Below the pieces are notes generated by a model. It was given only the letters and a program-made list of their open reading frames with translations. It made no database searches and was not told the origin of the DNA. The position numbers were made by a program, and so were the translations under genes. DNA of 64,000 bases from Macrostomum hystrix (lineage: Eukaryota > Animalia > Platyhelminthes), in contig CATNEN010000038.1 in NCBI GenBank assembly GCA_950097015.1, forward strand, positions 14,198,001-14,262,000, in the 5' to 3' direction. This document shows positions 37,146-50,444 of the stretch, piece after piece. Each line of letters starts with the position of its first letter. The stretch's first letter is position 1.

Positions 37146-38074
37146 GTAGAGAGACTACACTATATTTCCCCTGAGGAAAAACCAAAGGGATTTTTTCAGG
37201 AACATGCGGCCTACATGACGATAGCTCCCAAATCGAATGACCGATTTTCGTGAAACTCGCATCTTTGAGATATTAAAAAATTATTGTCGAAGACCATGGT
37301 GACAATCAAACGGGACGTTGACGGGATCAGCTCATGTAGGACACCCCACCGGAAGATGTAGGGGCAGCGAGCGCCAAAGCCCTGGGCTGCTGCCTGGAGC
37401 GCCAAAGCCCTGGGCTGCTGCCTGGAGCGCCAAAGCAGGCGACGCTACAATAGGCGGTGAGGACGCGCTCCAGGAGGAAGACGACGAAGTCACAGGCATC
37501 TGAATCTGACACCGATGTTGGGACAAACCCGATGTTGCCGGCAGAGGCGCTAGGCAGTGGGGTGGAGTTAAAAAAATTCAAGCGAAATGCCTACAAGGCA
37601 AGACAAAAAAATCACTGCCTTACTTCTAGATTTAAAGTCGCACCGGTTTGAAAAAGCCCAACAAAAGCTTTCAGAATTCCCGTTGATTTCACTGAGTGCG
37701 GCTTCGCTTCCACACTGACTCTTTTGGCCCGCTAAATGTCCATCCATGATCAGTGATCGCCTAAATCAAAGCCAAAGGAAGCGCGATAGAATGATTGGTT
37801 GTGACTGAAATATAATAACCATTTTTTTGGAATGGGCTAAGCTTAACTAATATCACTAAGTTGTGTTGCAATTTTGGAAATTCATTAAAGCAGTAACATA
37901 AGTATGACCTTAACAGCCAGAGGGATGAAAAAAACACAACAGTGCCAGTCATTTGCTCTATTATCAACAAGCTTTCCCAATATATTGGAGGCTTCCCTGT
38001 CGAGAAACTTTGACACTTGGAACGAAAAACCCTGCACCGCATCCTGAACCCACGCTTGTGTAGCACTCAGGCTA

Positions 38075-39052
38075 ACCTCTCACATCTCTCCGCTGTCTCA
38101 TCTCTCCCCTGTCTCATCTCTTCCTGCCTCATCTCTCTGCTGTCTCATCTCTCCCTGTCTTATCTCTCTACTGTCTCATCTCTCTACGGTCGCATCTCTC
38201 TAATGTCTCATCTCTCTACCGTCTCATTTCTCCCTGTCTCATCTCTCTACCGTCTCATTTCTCCCTGTCTCATATCTGCACTGTCTCATCTCTATACTGT
38301 CTAATCTCTCCGTGTCTCATCTCTCCACTGTCTCATCTCTCCACTGTCTCATCTCTCTACTATCTCATCTCTCTACTGTCTCATTTCTCCACTGTCTCAT
38401 GTCTCCCTGTCTCATCTCTCAACTGTCTCATTTCTCCACTGTCTCATCTCTCCCTGTCTCATATCTCCACTGTCTCATGTCTCCCTGTCTCATCTCTCCA
38501 CTGTCTCATTTCTCTACTGTCTCATCTCTCCACTGTCTCATGTCTCCACTGTCTCATCTCTCTACTGTCTCATGTCTCCCTGTCTCATCTCTCTACTGTC
38601 TCATGTCTCCCTGTCTCATCTCTCTACTGTCTCATCTCTCTACTGTCTCATTTCTCCACTGTCTCATGTCTCCCTGTCTCATCTCTCTACTGTCTCATTT
38701 CTCCACTGTCTCATCTCTCCCTGTCTCATTTCTCCACTGTCGCATCTCTCCACTGTCTCATGTCTCCCTGTCTCATCTCTCTACTGTCTCATGTCTCCCT
38801 GTCTCATCTCTCCACTGTCTCATCTCTCCACTGTCTCATCTCTCCACTGTCTCATCTCTCCACTGTCTCATCTCTCCACTGTCTCATCTCTCCACTGTCT
38901 CATCTCTCCACTGTCTCATCTCTCCACTGTCTCATCTCTCCACTGTCTCATCTCTCCACTGTCTCATCTCTCCACTGTCTCATCTCTCCACTGTCTCATT
39001 TCTCTACTGTCGCATCTCTCTAGTGTCTTATCTCTCTACTGTGGCATCTCTA
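38075..39052. repeat. 16-bp minisatellite (CATCTCTCCACTGTCT)n
   Basis: Tandem 15-16 nt units related to the hAT-borne satellite; no hAT termini seen. Confidence 0.93.
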
Positions 39053-39679
39053 TTTGGGAATAACTGCACGGATATATTAGTCAAAAGGGGAGAGCCTACG
39101 CTGCGATTCCTTCGACTAAGTTTCTGGCAGAATTTCGCACGATAAATGCAGAATCTGGATGCATTTGCCGCGCAGGTCTATATCGCATTCTTGGGCTGTC
39201 TGTAATGTTTTTCTGCGAAGCCATTGTTGCATACAAATGAGTGCTTTTCCTTCTTGATAGACTCATGAGACTCATGAGACTGTCAATTTACCTTGCTACC
39301 ATTGTAACCCCTCCAAAAATATAATAGTCTTGTGGCTAGCACAATACTCTGCTCACCCAGTTTTCTTGAGCTATGCGCAATTGTTTTCGACTTCGAACGG
39401 ACGAGGGTTGGACGCCAGCTTCCATGGCTTGATTTTTCTCTTCCCAAGGCATTTACGAGCTCGTAGGTAAGTCTAAACAGTCTAAAAGCGTTTCTGTTCA
39501 TTCATAAATGCAGCTTTTGAAGAGGAAAGAGAAGCAGAAAGAAGAGATTTTCTACTTTTTTCATCGAGGTAAGTTTTGTGCATTTTTCTTAAATTGGTTT
39601 CCGATTTCTCAAAGATATTTGAGCAATCGGACAGCTCTCTATCTCATTACCAAAATATCCTTCAGAAAAACTTGTAATT

Positions 39680-39908
39680 GGGGGTCAGACCGTTGGACTC
39701 ACGATTTGAAGGCTGTGGTTTCGACACTTGACTCCACTGGAAAAACTGTGTCCTTTAACAAGACACTTAACTTTGCATAGCTTCAGTTCACCCAGCTGTT
39801 AAATGGGTACCAGCCAGTCCATGGACTGAACAGCAATACGCAGATGCACTGCTGTGCTGTGGGCTGCACATCTGACACAATTAGGACGGGTGTAATCAAT
39901 TATTATTA
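39680..39908 (+). mobile_element. Degenerate SINE family 1 copy just upstream of GT-B
   Basis: GGACTCACGATTTGAAGG...GTGTCCTTTAACAAGACACTTAAC...CAGCTGTTAAATGGGTA. Confidence 0.75.
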
Positions 39909-40012
39909 AGAATAAATTCAGCTCAGGACTTACGTAGGTCGAGGACACGTTGCTGGAGGCCTTATGAAACTAATGATTAAAATCGTTCTCAAACATCCTG
40001 CAGGACTGAGGC

Positions 40013-41235
40013 ATGAACACAAAGATAAGGCGAATTTTGTACTTCCTGATTGGGCTGGTAGCAGTGCTCGCAACTTATTCCAAAATTTGGCCAGTGCAAA
40101 TATCAAAGCACTTTTTAAGCGCACAGAGCCAAGAAAAGCCTTGCCGAGTTAGAAATTTTGCCGGTGCGAAATACGCAAGGCTACTTGCCGTTGCGAACGA
40201 GTTCGGCAGCGTCTGCCACGACCGCAAGTGCCACGCAGCCTTTGAGTCCGCCGTCGACAGAACCGAACGCGTTCCCAAGATTCGGCACATTCTGTGGAAA
40301 ACTGAACGTGTGTCGACCTACTTCGCCAAGCAGCTGAATTCGTGGCTGAAAATTCATCCCGACTGGACCTATGTCCTGTGGCGCGACCAAGATTTGGAGG
40401 GCTTCGTTGCGAAGTACTATCCAGGTGTGCTGCAGAGATTCCGGTCGCTCAAGCATCACATCATGCGAGTGGACATGATTCGCTACCTGATACTGCACCA
40501 CGTGAGTCCCAGAAAATCAGTACTCAATCCACAACGAAGAATTGCCAGCTGAAAATAGCAGATACTCCGATCTTTCAGTTCGGAGGAGTGTACGCGGACC
40601 TGGACTATGTCCTGGTGCGCCCCCTGGACTGGTTTCTCAAGTACCCTGCCACCGTGCCAATCACAGCGGAGGCCATCGCGATGTTCTACTTCGGCCTGAA
40701 GTGGCCCCCGGATCGGCTTGCCAACCCGGCGTTCATGATTTCGGAGCCGCAGCACCCCTTCTTCTCCTACTGCATCCTGAAGCTGGCAGCCAATCCGACT
40801 CAAGACATTTTTTTGTTCGCTGGTCCACTGGGGCTCACCACAATGGTGAATCAGTACGCGGCAGAGTTTCGTGCCACAGCCGATCCGGGCGGAATTGTGC
40901 TCGTGCCGCCCTCGCGAGCGTTCGACGCCTTCGCAAACAACAGCTTCTGGGGCAGCACGACCTCTTATCAGGTATTTTGGATCAAACAACTGAATCACTT
41001 GTGCAAGCTTCACATCAAGTCCAGTAAAGCGGCACCTATGCCACTACAAGAGTATTGCAAGGATGTGTACAACCTGGACCCAATCACAGATAAGAGAGAC
41101 ATTTCGTACGCCCTTCACGACACGAAGAAGACGCGAACATCCTATGATCCTAGAGGTTCGCCAGTGTTTTTCGACAAAACTGTGGATATTCGAAAAGTTG
41201 TGCCAAAGATTCTTATGGCAGACAAGTTTTATTAG
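40013..41235 (+). CDS. GT32/OCH1-like DXD glycosyltransferase, type II membrane (GT-B), ~381 aa
   Basis: Exons 40013-40501 and 40579-41235; same 77-nt intron as GT-A; MNTKIRR plus TM; FGGVYADLD. Confidence 0.9.
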
Positions 41236-41603
41236 CGTGCGTGCATCAGTGCTACAACCCTTGCCACCTGCCAGCCGGTCTCTCCCTGGCAACCACCTTA
41301 CTATATTGACTGATGACAACAAATTAAAAATTATGATATCGCTTTTTCTCAATTTTCCTCTTGAAAGCGCAAAAATACCGAGCTTACGAGCTAAATTAAC
41401 TTCCAAGGAAGACGGTGTCTGTGACACTAGATCAATAAATGAAGCAGGTTTTGTGATTATATAGTCAACAACTTTTTTGTTTACTTTTAATTTAATTAAA
41501 TTATTTATTTATTTTTTTATTTTAACTACTCCAAACTAAAATTGAAACATTCAAATTGATTGCCTACTCTTGGGGTGAAGATTGTAAGTAGTACTAGCTA
41601 TAC

Positions 41604-42146
41604 CAGGGGTAGGCAAACTTATTTGCTGGCGGGCCAAAGAGAGAGCCTAAAAGACGACCGCGGGCCGCATTGACTGTATAAATATAAGATAGGAGAGATG
41701 AGACACGGGAGAGATGAGACACAGGAAATATGGGACATGAGAGAGATGAGACGCGGGAGAGATGAGACACAGGAGAGATTAGACACGGAAGAGATTAGAC
41801 ACGGGAGAGATTAGACACGGGAGAGATGAGACACGAGAGAGATGAGACACGGGAGAGATTAGACACGGGAGAGATGAGACACGAGAGAGATGAGACACGA
41901 GAGAGATGAGACACGGGAGAGATAAGATAGGGAGAGATTAGACACGGGAGAGATTAGACACGGGAGAGATGAGACACGAGAGAGATGAGACACGGGAGAG
42001 ATAAGATAGGGAGAGATTAGACGCGGGAGAGATTAGACACGGGAGACATGAAACAGGACACTGTAGATGTCAGAAGGGGCAACGGGCCGGATTTGGGAGC
42101 TTCGAGGGCCGCATCTGGCCCGCGGGCCGGAGTTTGCCGACCCCTG
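41604..42146 (-). mobile_element. hAT-type MITE with 16-bp satellite
   Basis: Same termini reversed; 8-bp TSD AGCTATAC. Confidence 0.92.
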
Positions 42147-42171
42147 AGCTATACAATTTTATGGTTCTTGA

Positions 42172-42326
42172 AGGGGTTGTACAGAGCGCCGGACTCACCA
42201 CTTAAAGGTCGGGGGTTCGATTCCCGACTCCACTGAAACAATTTGTGTCCTTTAGCAAGACATTTAACTATACATTGCTTCAGTTCACCCAGCTGTAAAA
42301 TGTGAACAGCATGAGCTGGGGTAATT
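42172..42326 (+). mobile_element. Truncated SINE family 1 copy
   Basis: GGTCGGGGGTTCGATTCCCGACTCCACTG...CAGTTCACCCAGCTGT. Confidence 0.78.
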
Positions 42327-42414
42327 GGTTCGGCACCAGCTCAACCAGATACAAAAATATCTATGGCACAAGCCCATCATACTGATACAACCACAGATTC
42401 TATATTACTACACG

Positions 42415-43390
42415 AACGAAAAGCTCGACTTAGAAAAGATGCCCTTCCAAATCCCTACACTTTTCCACCACGCTTGGAGAAGGAATCGGTTGAAGTCGAT
42501 TAGCGACCAGACCACATTGCTGACAACATGTATCCACCAGTTCTGCATCGTGAAGACACGTACGCTGTCGAGATGCCTGAGCTACACGCAATGCCAGCCG
42601 ACGCTCAGGATAAAACTGGCTCAGAAGACAGGGCAACAAACAACCGCAACGAAGTTCGAAAGGAGCGGAAGAAACAGCGGGATAGAGCTCGATATCGAGA
42701 TGGAGTCATCAAGAGATTAAAGCACAAGCTTCAAATAGCTTCAACTGCCACTTCTGAACAGCAACGGCACAAACTGTGAGGACGATGGTGATGCCATGGC
42801 AATTGAGATTCGTGACTTACGTGAGAAGGTCACGGCTGCATCAACTTCAGCTGCAGAGCAGCCCCAGCAGAATCGGGCAGTTTCTGCAGATGGAGACGTT
42901 GCAACAGAAATTGCATTCGACAATGTGGAGGCTACTGATGTAATCCCTTACATCGGAGGATGGATTTTTCGGAAGCTGCAAATTTTTGCATGCGACAGCT
43001 GTAAGGATCAGTTGGTAACGGACGAGTCACCTGCTCGAATCTTCACCTGCACAAAAACTTTGAAGACTCTCGATACGGCCTTACTCAGCCGTCGAGCGCG
43101 TTTGTTGCGATATTCTGTAAGATGGAGGAGATTTTTCGTCGAGAAATGTCAACAGCAGCAGCTGCTGATGCCATTGGGGCAAGAATCCTCGGCAGATTTG
43201 AGCGATTTAGTGTGCAGCTTCCATTTTGTATCGAACATCGAGCCGAAAGCAATGCACAAGCGGCAGGCCTTTTGTGCACATGCGATTGCATCAGTGGTGC
43301 CGAGAGAAGATGGAGACTGTGCGGAAGGAAAGAGATCGCGCTATTGCTAACCGCAAGCTCAAGAAGTTGGGACATAATGCATGGTTAGGG
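42415..43390 (+). mobile_element. Remnant of a THAP-domain/P-element-like transposase
   Basis: KARLRKDALP resembles a THAP C-terminus. YIGGWIFRKL...CDSCKDQL and HMRLHQWCRE resemble the THAP9/P transposase C-terminal region. Stops and frameshifts are present and the catalytic core is absent. Confidence 0.55.
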
Positions 43391-43450
43391 TACTCACTGT
43401 GCTTCATTATTTTACTTATTTGACACGCTTTCTTGAATACTGTGTTTGCT

Positions 43451-45172
43451 TGTCATGCTTATATGTCATGCTTATCTGTCATGCTTATCTGTCATGCTTA
43501 TATGTCATGCTTATCTGTCATGCTTATCTGTCATGCTTATCTATCATGCTTATCTGTCATGCTTATATGTCATGCTTATCTGTCATGCTTATCTGTCATG
43601 CTTATCTGTCATGCTTATCTGTCATGCTTATCTGTCATGCTTATCTGTCATGCTTATCTGTCATGCTTATCTGTCATGCTTATCTGTCATGCTTATCTGT
43701 CATGCTTATCTGTCATGCTTATATGTCATGCTTATCTGTCATGCTTATCTGTCATGCTTATCTGTCATGCTTATCTGTCATGCTTATCTGTCATGCTTAT
43801 ATGTCATGCTTATCTGTCATGCTTATCTGTCATGCTTATCTATCATGCTTATCTGTCATGCTTATCTGTCATGCTTATCTGTCATGCTTATCTGTCATGC
43901 TTATATGTCATGCTTATCTGTCATGCTTATCTGTCATGCTTATCTGTCATGCTTATCTGTCATGCTTATATGTCATGCTTATCTGTCATGCTTATCTGTC
44001 ATGCTTATCTGTCATGCTTATCTGTCATGCTTATCTATCATGCTTATCTGTCATGCTTATATGTCATGCTTATCTGTCATGCTTATATGTCATGCTTATC
44101 TGTCATGCTTATCTATCATGCTTATCTGTCATGCTTATCTGTCATGCTTATCTGTCATGCTTATCTGTCATGCTTATATGTCATGCTTATCTGTCATGCT
44201 TATATGTCATGCTTATCTGTCATGCTTATCTGTCATGCTTATCTATCATGCTTATCTGTCATGCTTATCTGTCATGCTTATCTGTCATGCTTATCTGTCA
44301 TGCTTATCTGTCATGCTTATCTATCATGCTTATCTGTCATGCTTATCTGTCATGCTTATCTGTCATGCTTATCTGTCATGCTTATATGTCATGCTTATCT
44401 GTCATGCTTATCTGTCATGCTTATATGTCATGCTTATATGTCATGCTTATCTGTCATGCTTATCTGTCATGCTTATATGTCATGCTTATCTGTCATGCTT
44501 ATATGTCATGCTTATCTGTCATGCTTATCTGTCATGCTTATCTATCATGCTTATCTGTCATGCTTAACTGTCATGCTTATCTGTCATGCTTATCTGTCAT
44601 GCTTATATGTCATGCTTATCTGTCATGCTTATCTGTCATGCTTATCTGTCATGCTTATCTGTCATGCTTATCTGTCATGCTTATCTGTCATGCTTATCTG
44701 TCATGCTTATCTGTCATGCTTATCTGTCATGCTTATCTGTCATGCTTATCTGTCATGCTTATCTGTCATGCTTATATGTCATGCTTATCTGTCATGCTTA
44801 TCTGTCATGCTTATCTGTCATGCTTATCTGTCATGCTTATCTGTCATGCTTATCTGTCATGCTTTTATGTCATGCTTATCTGTCATGCTTATCTATCATG
44901 CTTATCTGTCATGCTTATATGTCATGCTTATCTGTCATGCTTATCTGTCATGCTTATCTGTCATGCTTATCTATCATGCTTATCTATCATGCTTATCTGT
45001 CATGCTTTTATGTCATGCTTATCTGTCATGCTTATCTATCATGCTTATCTGTCATGCTTATATGTCATGCTTATCTGTCATGCTTATCTGTCATGCTTAT
45101 CTGTCATGCTTATCTATCATGCTTATCTGTCATGCTTATCTGTCATGCTTATCTGTCATGCTTGCCTGTCAT
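43451..45172. repeat. 13-bp satellite (TGTCATGCTTATC)n, ~1.7 kb
   Basis: Exact 13-nt period; the ~600-aa ORFs are repeat artefacts. Confidence 0.96.
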
Positions 45173-47989
45173 TCTTGCTTGTTTAATCACCATGTTATCT
45201 TTATTTGTTTTAATGTTCCGCGCATTCAATAAATATTCGGCTCAGAAATTTGTTACTCGCGTTTTCTCCAATTAAAAGTCATTTCTCAATATTGGCTCGC
45301 CTAGCGTTAAAGGCAAATAACAAAGTTTACTAAAAATATATATTAATGCGGCAGTATTTAACTCGCGTCTGTGGCAAAAACACTGGGTTTTCGATTTCTC
45401 TTGGAGTGACCCATCTACTCGTAGGTAATATAGAATCTGTGGATACAACTGCATTCAAATTCGGCAAACTGCAAGCAAATTCAGCAGCAGAAGTATGCCA
45501 TTAATCCTCATCGGCTGGACTGGACAATAATTTTCTGTTCCGCGTACATTGTGCTGTGCCAAAGTACTGAATAAACCATTTTCTAATGGCAGGCACAGTA
45601 ACAGTGCAAAGTACTTTAATACATCAATAAGAACCGCAGACAAGATTAAAACCGAACGATTCAACACGTTTTTGTGAGCAATTCAAACAAGCTCGAACAA
45701 TGCGAAAATGGTGATTTGCTTAGTAGGCAGCGAGGCACAAATGAAAAGCAGTGATTTTACATGTACCACGCATTGCAGTTTGTTGGTGTAACGGTCATAA
45801 CGGTGTTATCAGCGAATAGGCGCAGTTTGTCAAACCTAAATTGCACGAGAGTTCTTCTGGCGCGGGCCTCTGCGGTCGGGTTGATAAAACTATCCGCATA
45901 GTCAGCGATCTCCTGCTTGATTGCCGCCTTCCAGCCGGAGATCGCGCTCTCATTCCTTCTCTCTGCTTCTGCTGCCGAATTTGCTTGTAGTTTGATCGAT
46001 ATGATGGGCTTGTGCCAAAGATATTTTTGTACCTGGTTGAGCTGGTGCCGAATTTTCTTGCAGTCAAAAGTATAGCCATAGAGGTTGTTCGAATTTGAAT
46101 ACAGTTGTATTGAAATTGACTGCAGAAATGAAGAATTTGAGTGTATTAAAGCAACACAGTCCAAGAAAATTGGACGTATCGGTTGCGCACCGTGGATGAC
46201 AATAAGACGGAGTTGCCGAAAGCCGTAAACGAGGCCATGGTTGCAGTGCTTTGTGGTGTATCCCGCGACTGACTGGCGCCAACCCATTGCCTACTATCCA
46301 GCTTTTCGAACCCTTGACGGATTCAGGCAAGCTATCGATGAGTGTCTGACAGCCAGTCACAACCACAATGAAGCGTTCACTTGCACTAATTGTTGATCAG
46401 GAGTCGACACAGTGGTCTTAGGCGGGTGTCTCTAGGCGGGTGGTTAGTGACAGGGGCATTAGAAGTCAACAAAAATAAATGTTCCTCTTTGCGCAGAGTT
46501 GAAGTTTAGATTTCGAGAACTGTGAATAATAACTCTTAAAAGCGATAGCAGCTAAGTAATCGGGTACCATGTGCAGCCGCGACGACCAGGGACTGCAGGA
46601 CTGCCGCAAAATGCCCGGAGTTCCTGGAAATAGTTGGGGGCCGGGGGCTCTAGACTGGCATCCTGTTCGGGAAGCACTTGTCCCCACTCATCCTGACTCT
46701 GCAATGACTCCGCAGCTATAGAAAAACAAGCATTATCATCGTCACTGATCTCTCTGTCACTGTCAAAACTACACCGAAGCTAAGTTGGTATCGGATCGCT
46801 ATCCAGTCCAAGACGCCGGCATGCTTCAACAGCAGCCGCTATTCTTTGGGGTTAGCTTGACAAGAGTAAGACAAAATAGTGAACGGCGAGAGGCATGAAA
46901 CTAATGACTTGGTCTGTTTTCTCACTGCCACTCTATCCTCCGCTATCTATTACGTTGAGTCGCCATTAGTGAATCCGTTGTACTGGTCAACTGATCCAAT
47001 GCACTACTGCCGTTGATTTTACCTGCCGAGAAAGCTTGTCAAGAAATCATTTTCAAGAAGAACTATCATTCCCATCCTGTGACGCAATGATTGCAGACAT
47101 TGTTATGAGAATGACTGCCTCTAGAAGATTCGACTTTTCCTTTGCACGAATGTGTACGCTCCGTAGCGAGAGGTCAGATGAGACCTTAGTTCGGTACAAA
47201 GTTACATAGCAAACTTTTATGTACTTCCCCCTTCTCTCCCTCTATTTGTTAAACTTCTAAAGCTAACCTTCACTTCTCTTTCCTTTCCCTCGTCTCTGAT
47301 TGGCTAGCTATTCGTCTCTCTTCCTCACCCTCTGCCTCTCAGCTCTTACCCTCTAGCCCGTCTGGCTCGTTTTAACTGTGCCGCAACCACCTGAACCCTG
47401 GATACCACGTGGTGCTCGTATGCGTTGTAGAAGTTCTTGCTGGAAAAAGTGACAGCACGTTGATTACAGGCACGGTGTGGAAAGATCAACAAATACAACA
47501 AACACATGGATGCAGGTGTTGACCGGACTCGATGCGGTGATTGGCATGTTTAAGTTGTTCTAGACGCTGCTTTTCCACTTCGCCCTACCTGAGCAGCTGC
47601 ACCTAAGTAGAATCGCTTCAACTGAATCACTGCCGCGCCCATCGAATGCTTTGGCGAAACGGCGTCACTAAAAAGACAATCAAAAAAAGTTATGAAAGGC
47701 TTGTAAAAACCGATTTAATCGATTTTTTAGCTAGTATTTCAAGTAAGTACATGTAGATCCAAGTTAAAGGGACACGAATCGAATTCTAGCCGAATGAGAA
47801 AATTCGCTACCTTGTCAGTTGGAGAGGTCTCTCTAAATTTAATAAAAAGCGCGTATGCTACTGAATTAAGCTCTTTGTACTCGTAATTTATAAGTTTAAT
47901 AATACGCTAAAGTTCCAAAAATAAAGCTGAAATTTGAATTCGAACAAAAAGGCAGTGTTCTGGAGATTTGTTTTAGATTGGTTACACTG

Positions 47990-48930
47990 CAGGGGTAGGC
48001 AAACTTATTTGCTGGCGGGCCAAAGAGAGAGCCTAAAAGACGACAGCGGGCCGCATTGACTGTATAAATATGAGATAGGAGAGATGAGACACGGGAGAGA
48101 TGAGACACGGGAGAGATGAGACACGGGAGAGATGAGACACGGGAGAGATGAGACACGGAAGAGATTAGACACGGAAGAGATTAGACACGGGAGAGATTAG
48201 ACACGGAAGAGATTAGACACGGGAGAGATGAGACACGGGAGAGATGAGACACGAGAGAGATGAGACACGGGAGAGATAAGATAGGGAGAGATTAGACACG
48301 GGAGAGATGAGACACGAGAGAGATGAGACACGGGAGAGATAAGATAGGGAGAGATTAGACACGGGAGAGATGAGACACGGGAGAGATGAGACACGGGAGA
48401 GATGAGACACGGGAGAGATTAGACACGGGAGAGATGAGACACGGGAGAGATGAGACACGGGAGAGATTAGACACGGGAGAGATGAGACACGAGAGAGATG
48501 AGACACGGGAGAGATTAGACACGGGAGAGATTAGACACGGGAGAGATTAGACACTGGAGAGATGAGACACGGGAGAGATGAGACACGAGAGAGATGAGAC
48601 ACGGGAGAGATTAGACACGGGAGAGATGAGACACGAGAGAGATGAGACACGGGAGAGATTAGACACGGGAGAGATTAGACAGGGGAGAGATGAGACACGA
48701 GAGAGATGAGACACGGGAGAGATAAGATAGGGAGAGATTAGACACGGGAGAGATTAGACACGGGAGAGATTAGACACAGGAGAGATGAGATAGGGAGAGA
48801 TTAGACGCGGGAGAGATTAGACACGGGAGACATGAAACAGGAGACTTTAGATGTCAGAAGGGGCAACGGGCCGGATTTGGGAGCTTCGAGGGCCGCATCT
48901 GGCCCGCGGGCCGGAGTTTGCCGACCCCTG
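47990..48930 (-). mobile_element. hAT-type MITE with expanded 16-bp satellite
   Basis: Same termini; imperfect TSD (GGTTACAC.. / GGTTACAG). Confidence 0.9.
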
Positions 48931-49215
48931 GGTTACAGGCTTATGGTTTTATCGAAAAAAGTTTCGCTAAAAGTAGATAAAAAGACGCTAATGCTCTCAC
49001 AAAACCACAAGAGTTTCTAAGCAAAAAGCCCAACCAGCTGTGCTTTAAGCGAGAAACAAAAAATTAGAAACGAAAGCGTTCATAAGCTAATAAGAATAAC
49101 GAGTGATAAATTGAGGAGAAAACAATCAAGTACTAGCAATAGTTGTATCTTATGCACAGAAATTATGGCCTGCCAAATTGTCACGCGTGCCACACTGTGG
49201 CTGGCAGGGCCACAG

Positions 49216-50444
49216 CTAATGAACTTCGTCACCCATCAATATGTGGGGCAGTAGGGTTCTAATATCGACTGTGAATGCACAAGTAGCTGGCTTGGAGTCC
49301 CTATTATTGTAGCATGTCCCAAGAGTTTGCTCATCGCGAACAGCGTACGAAATGTCCCTTCTGTCAGTGATGGGGTCCAAATTGTTTATGTCCTTGCAGT
49401 ACTCTTGTAGCTGTGCTGGTGAAGACTTGAGCGCTTGGATTTCTTGGCACTTTAGATCAAGGCCAAGTGTCCAGGAGTTCCTCTGATTCGACGCGCTGCC
49501 CCAGAAGCTGTTGTTTGCGAAGGCGTCGAACGCTCGCGAGGGCGGCACGAGCACAATTCCACCCGGATCGGCTGTGGCAGAAAAGTCGGCCGTATACTGC
49601 TCGACCATTGTGGAGAGCCCCAGTGGACCAGCGAACAGAGATGCGTTTTCGGTGGGATTGGCTGCCAGCTTCTGGATGCAGTAGGAGAAGAAGGGGTGCT
49701 GCGGCTCCGAAATCATGAACGCCGGGTTGGCAAGCCGATCCGGGGGCCACTTCAGGCCGAAGTAGAACATCGCGATGGCCTCCGCTGTGATTGGCACGGT
49801 GGCAGGGTACTTGAGAAACCAGTCCAGGGGGCGCACCAGGACATAGTCCAGGTCCGCGTACACTCCTCCGAACTGAAAGATCGGAGTATCTGCTATTTTC
49901 AGCTGGCAATTCTTCGTTGTGGATTGAGTACTGATTTTCTGGGACTCACGTGGTGCAGTATCAGGTAGCGAATCATGTCCACTCGCATGATGTGATGCTT
50001 GAGCGACCGGAATCTCTGCAGCACACCTGGATAGTGCACGGCAACAAATTCATCCAGATCTTGGTCGCGCCACAGGACATAGGTCCAGTTGTGATGAATT
50101 TTCAGCCACGAATTCAGCTGCTTGGCGAAGTAGGTCGGCACACGTTCAGTTTTCCACAGAATGTGCCGAATCTTGGGAACGCGTTCGGTTCTGTCGATGG
50201 CGGACTCAAAGGCTGCGTGGCACTTGCGGTCGTGGCAGACGCTGCCGAACTCTTTCAGCAAGGCAGAAGAGTTGGTGTTTCCGAAATTTAAAGTCCGTCT
50301 AGTCAAGCAGCAAGGCCTCAGCTGTGTTGAATTCTTACATTTGGGAACCGACCTCGAGTAATTTCTCAACTGTATAATGACACCAAAGATCGTCATGAGT
50401 ACCAACAGTACAAAGCAAGATGCTGTAAGTGTCTTCAACTGCAT
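49216..50444 (-). CDS. GT32/OCH1-like DXD glycosyltransferase (GT-C), inverted near-identical paralog of GT-A, ~383 aa
   Basis: Exons 50444-49950 and 49872-49216; identical 77-nt intron. Confidence 0.9.

Noticed and set aside
43381-45275. ~600-aa Cys/His-rich ORFs
   Set aside because: All three frames give the same peptide from a 13-bp satellite.
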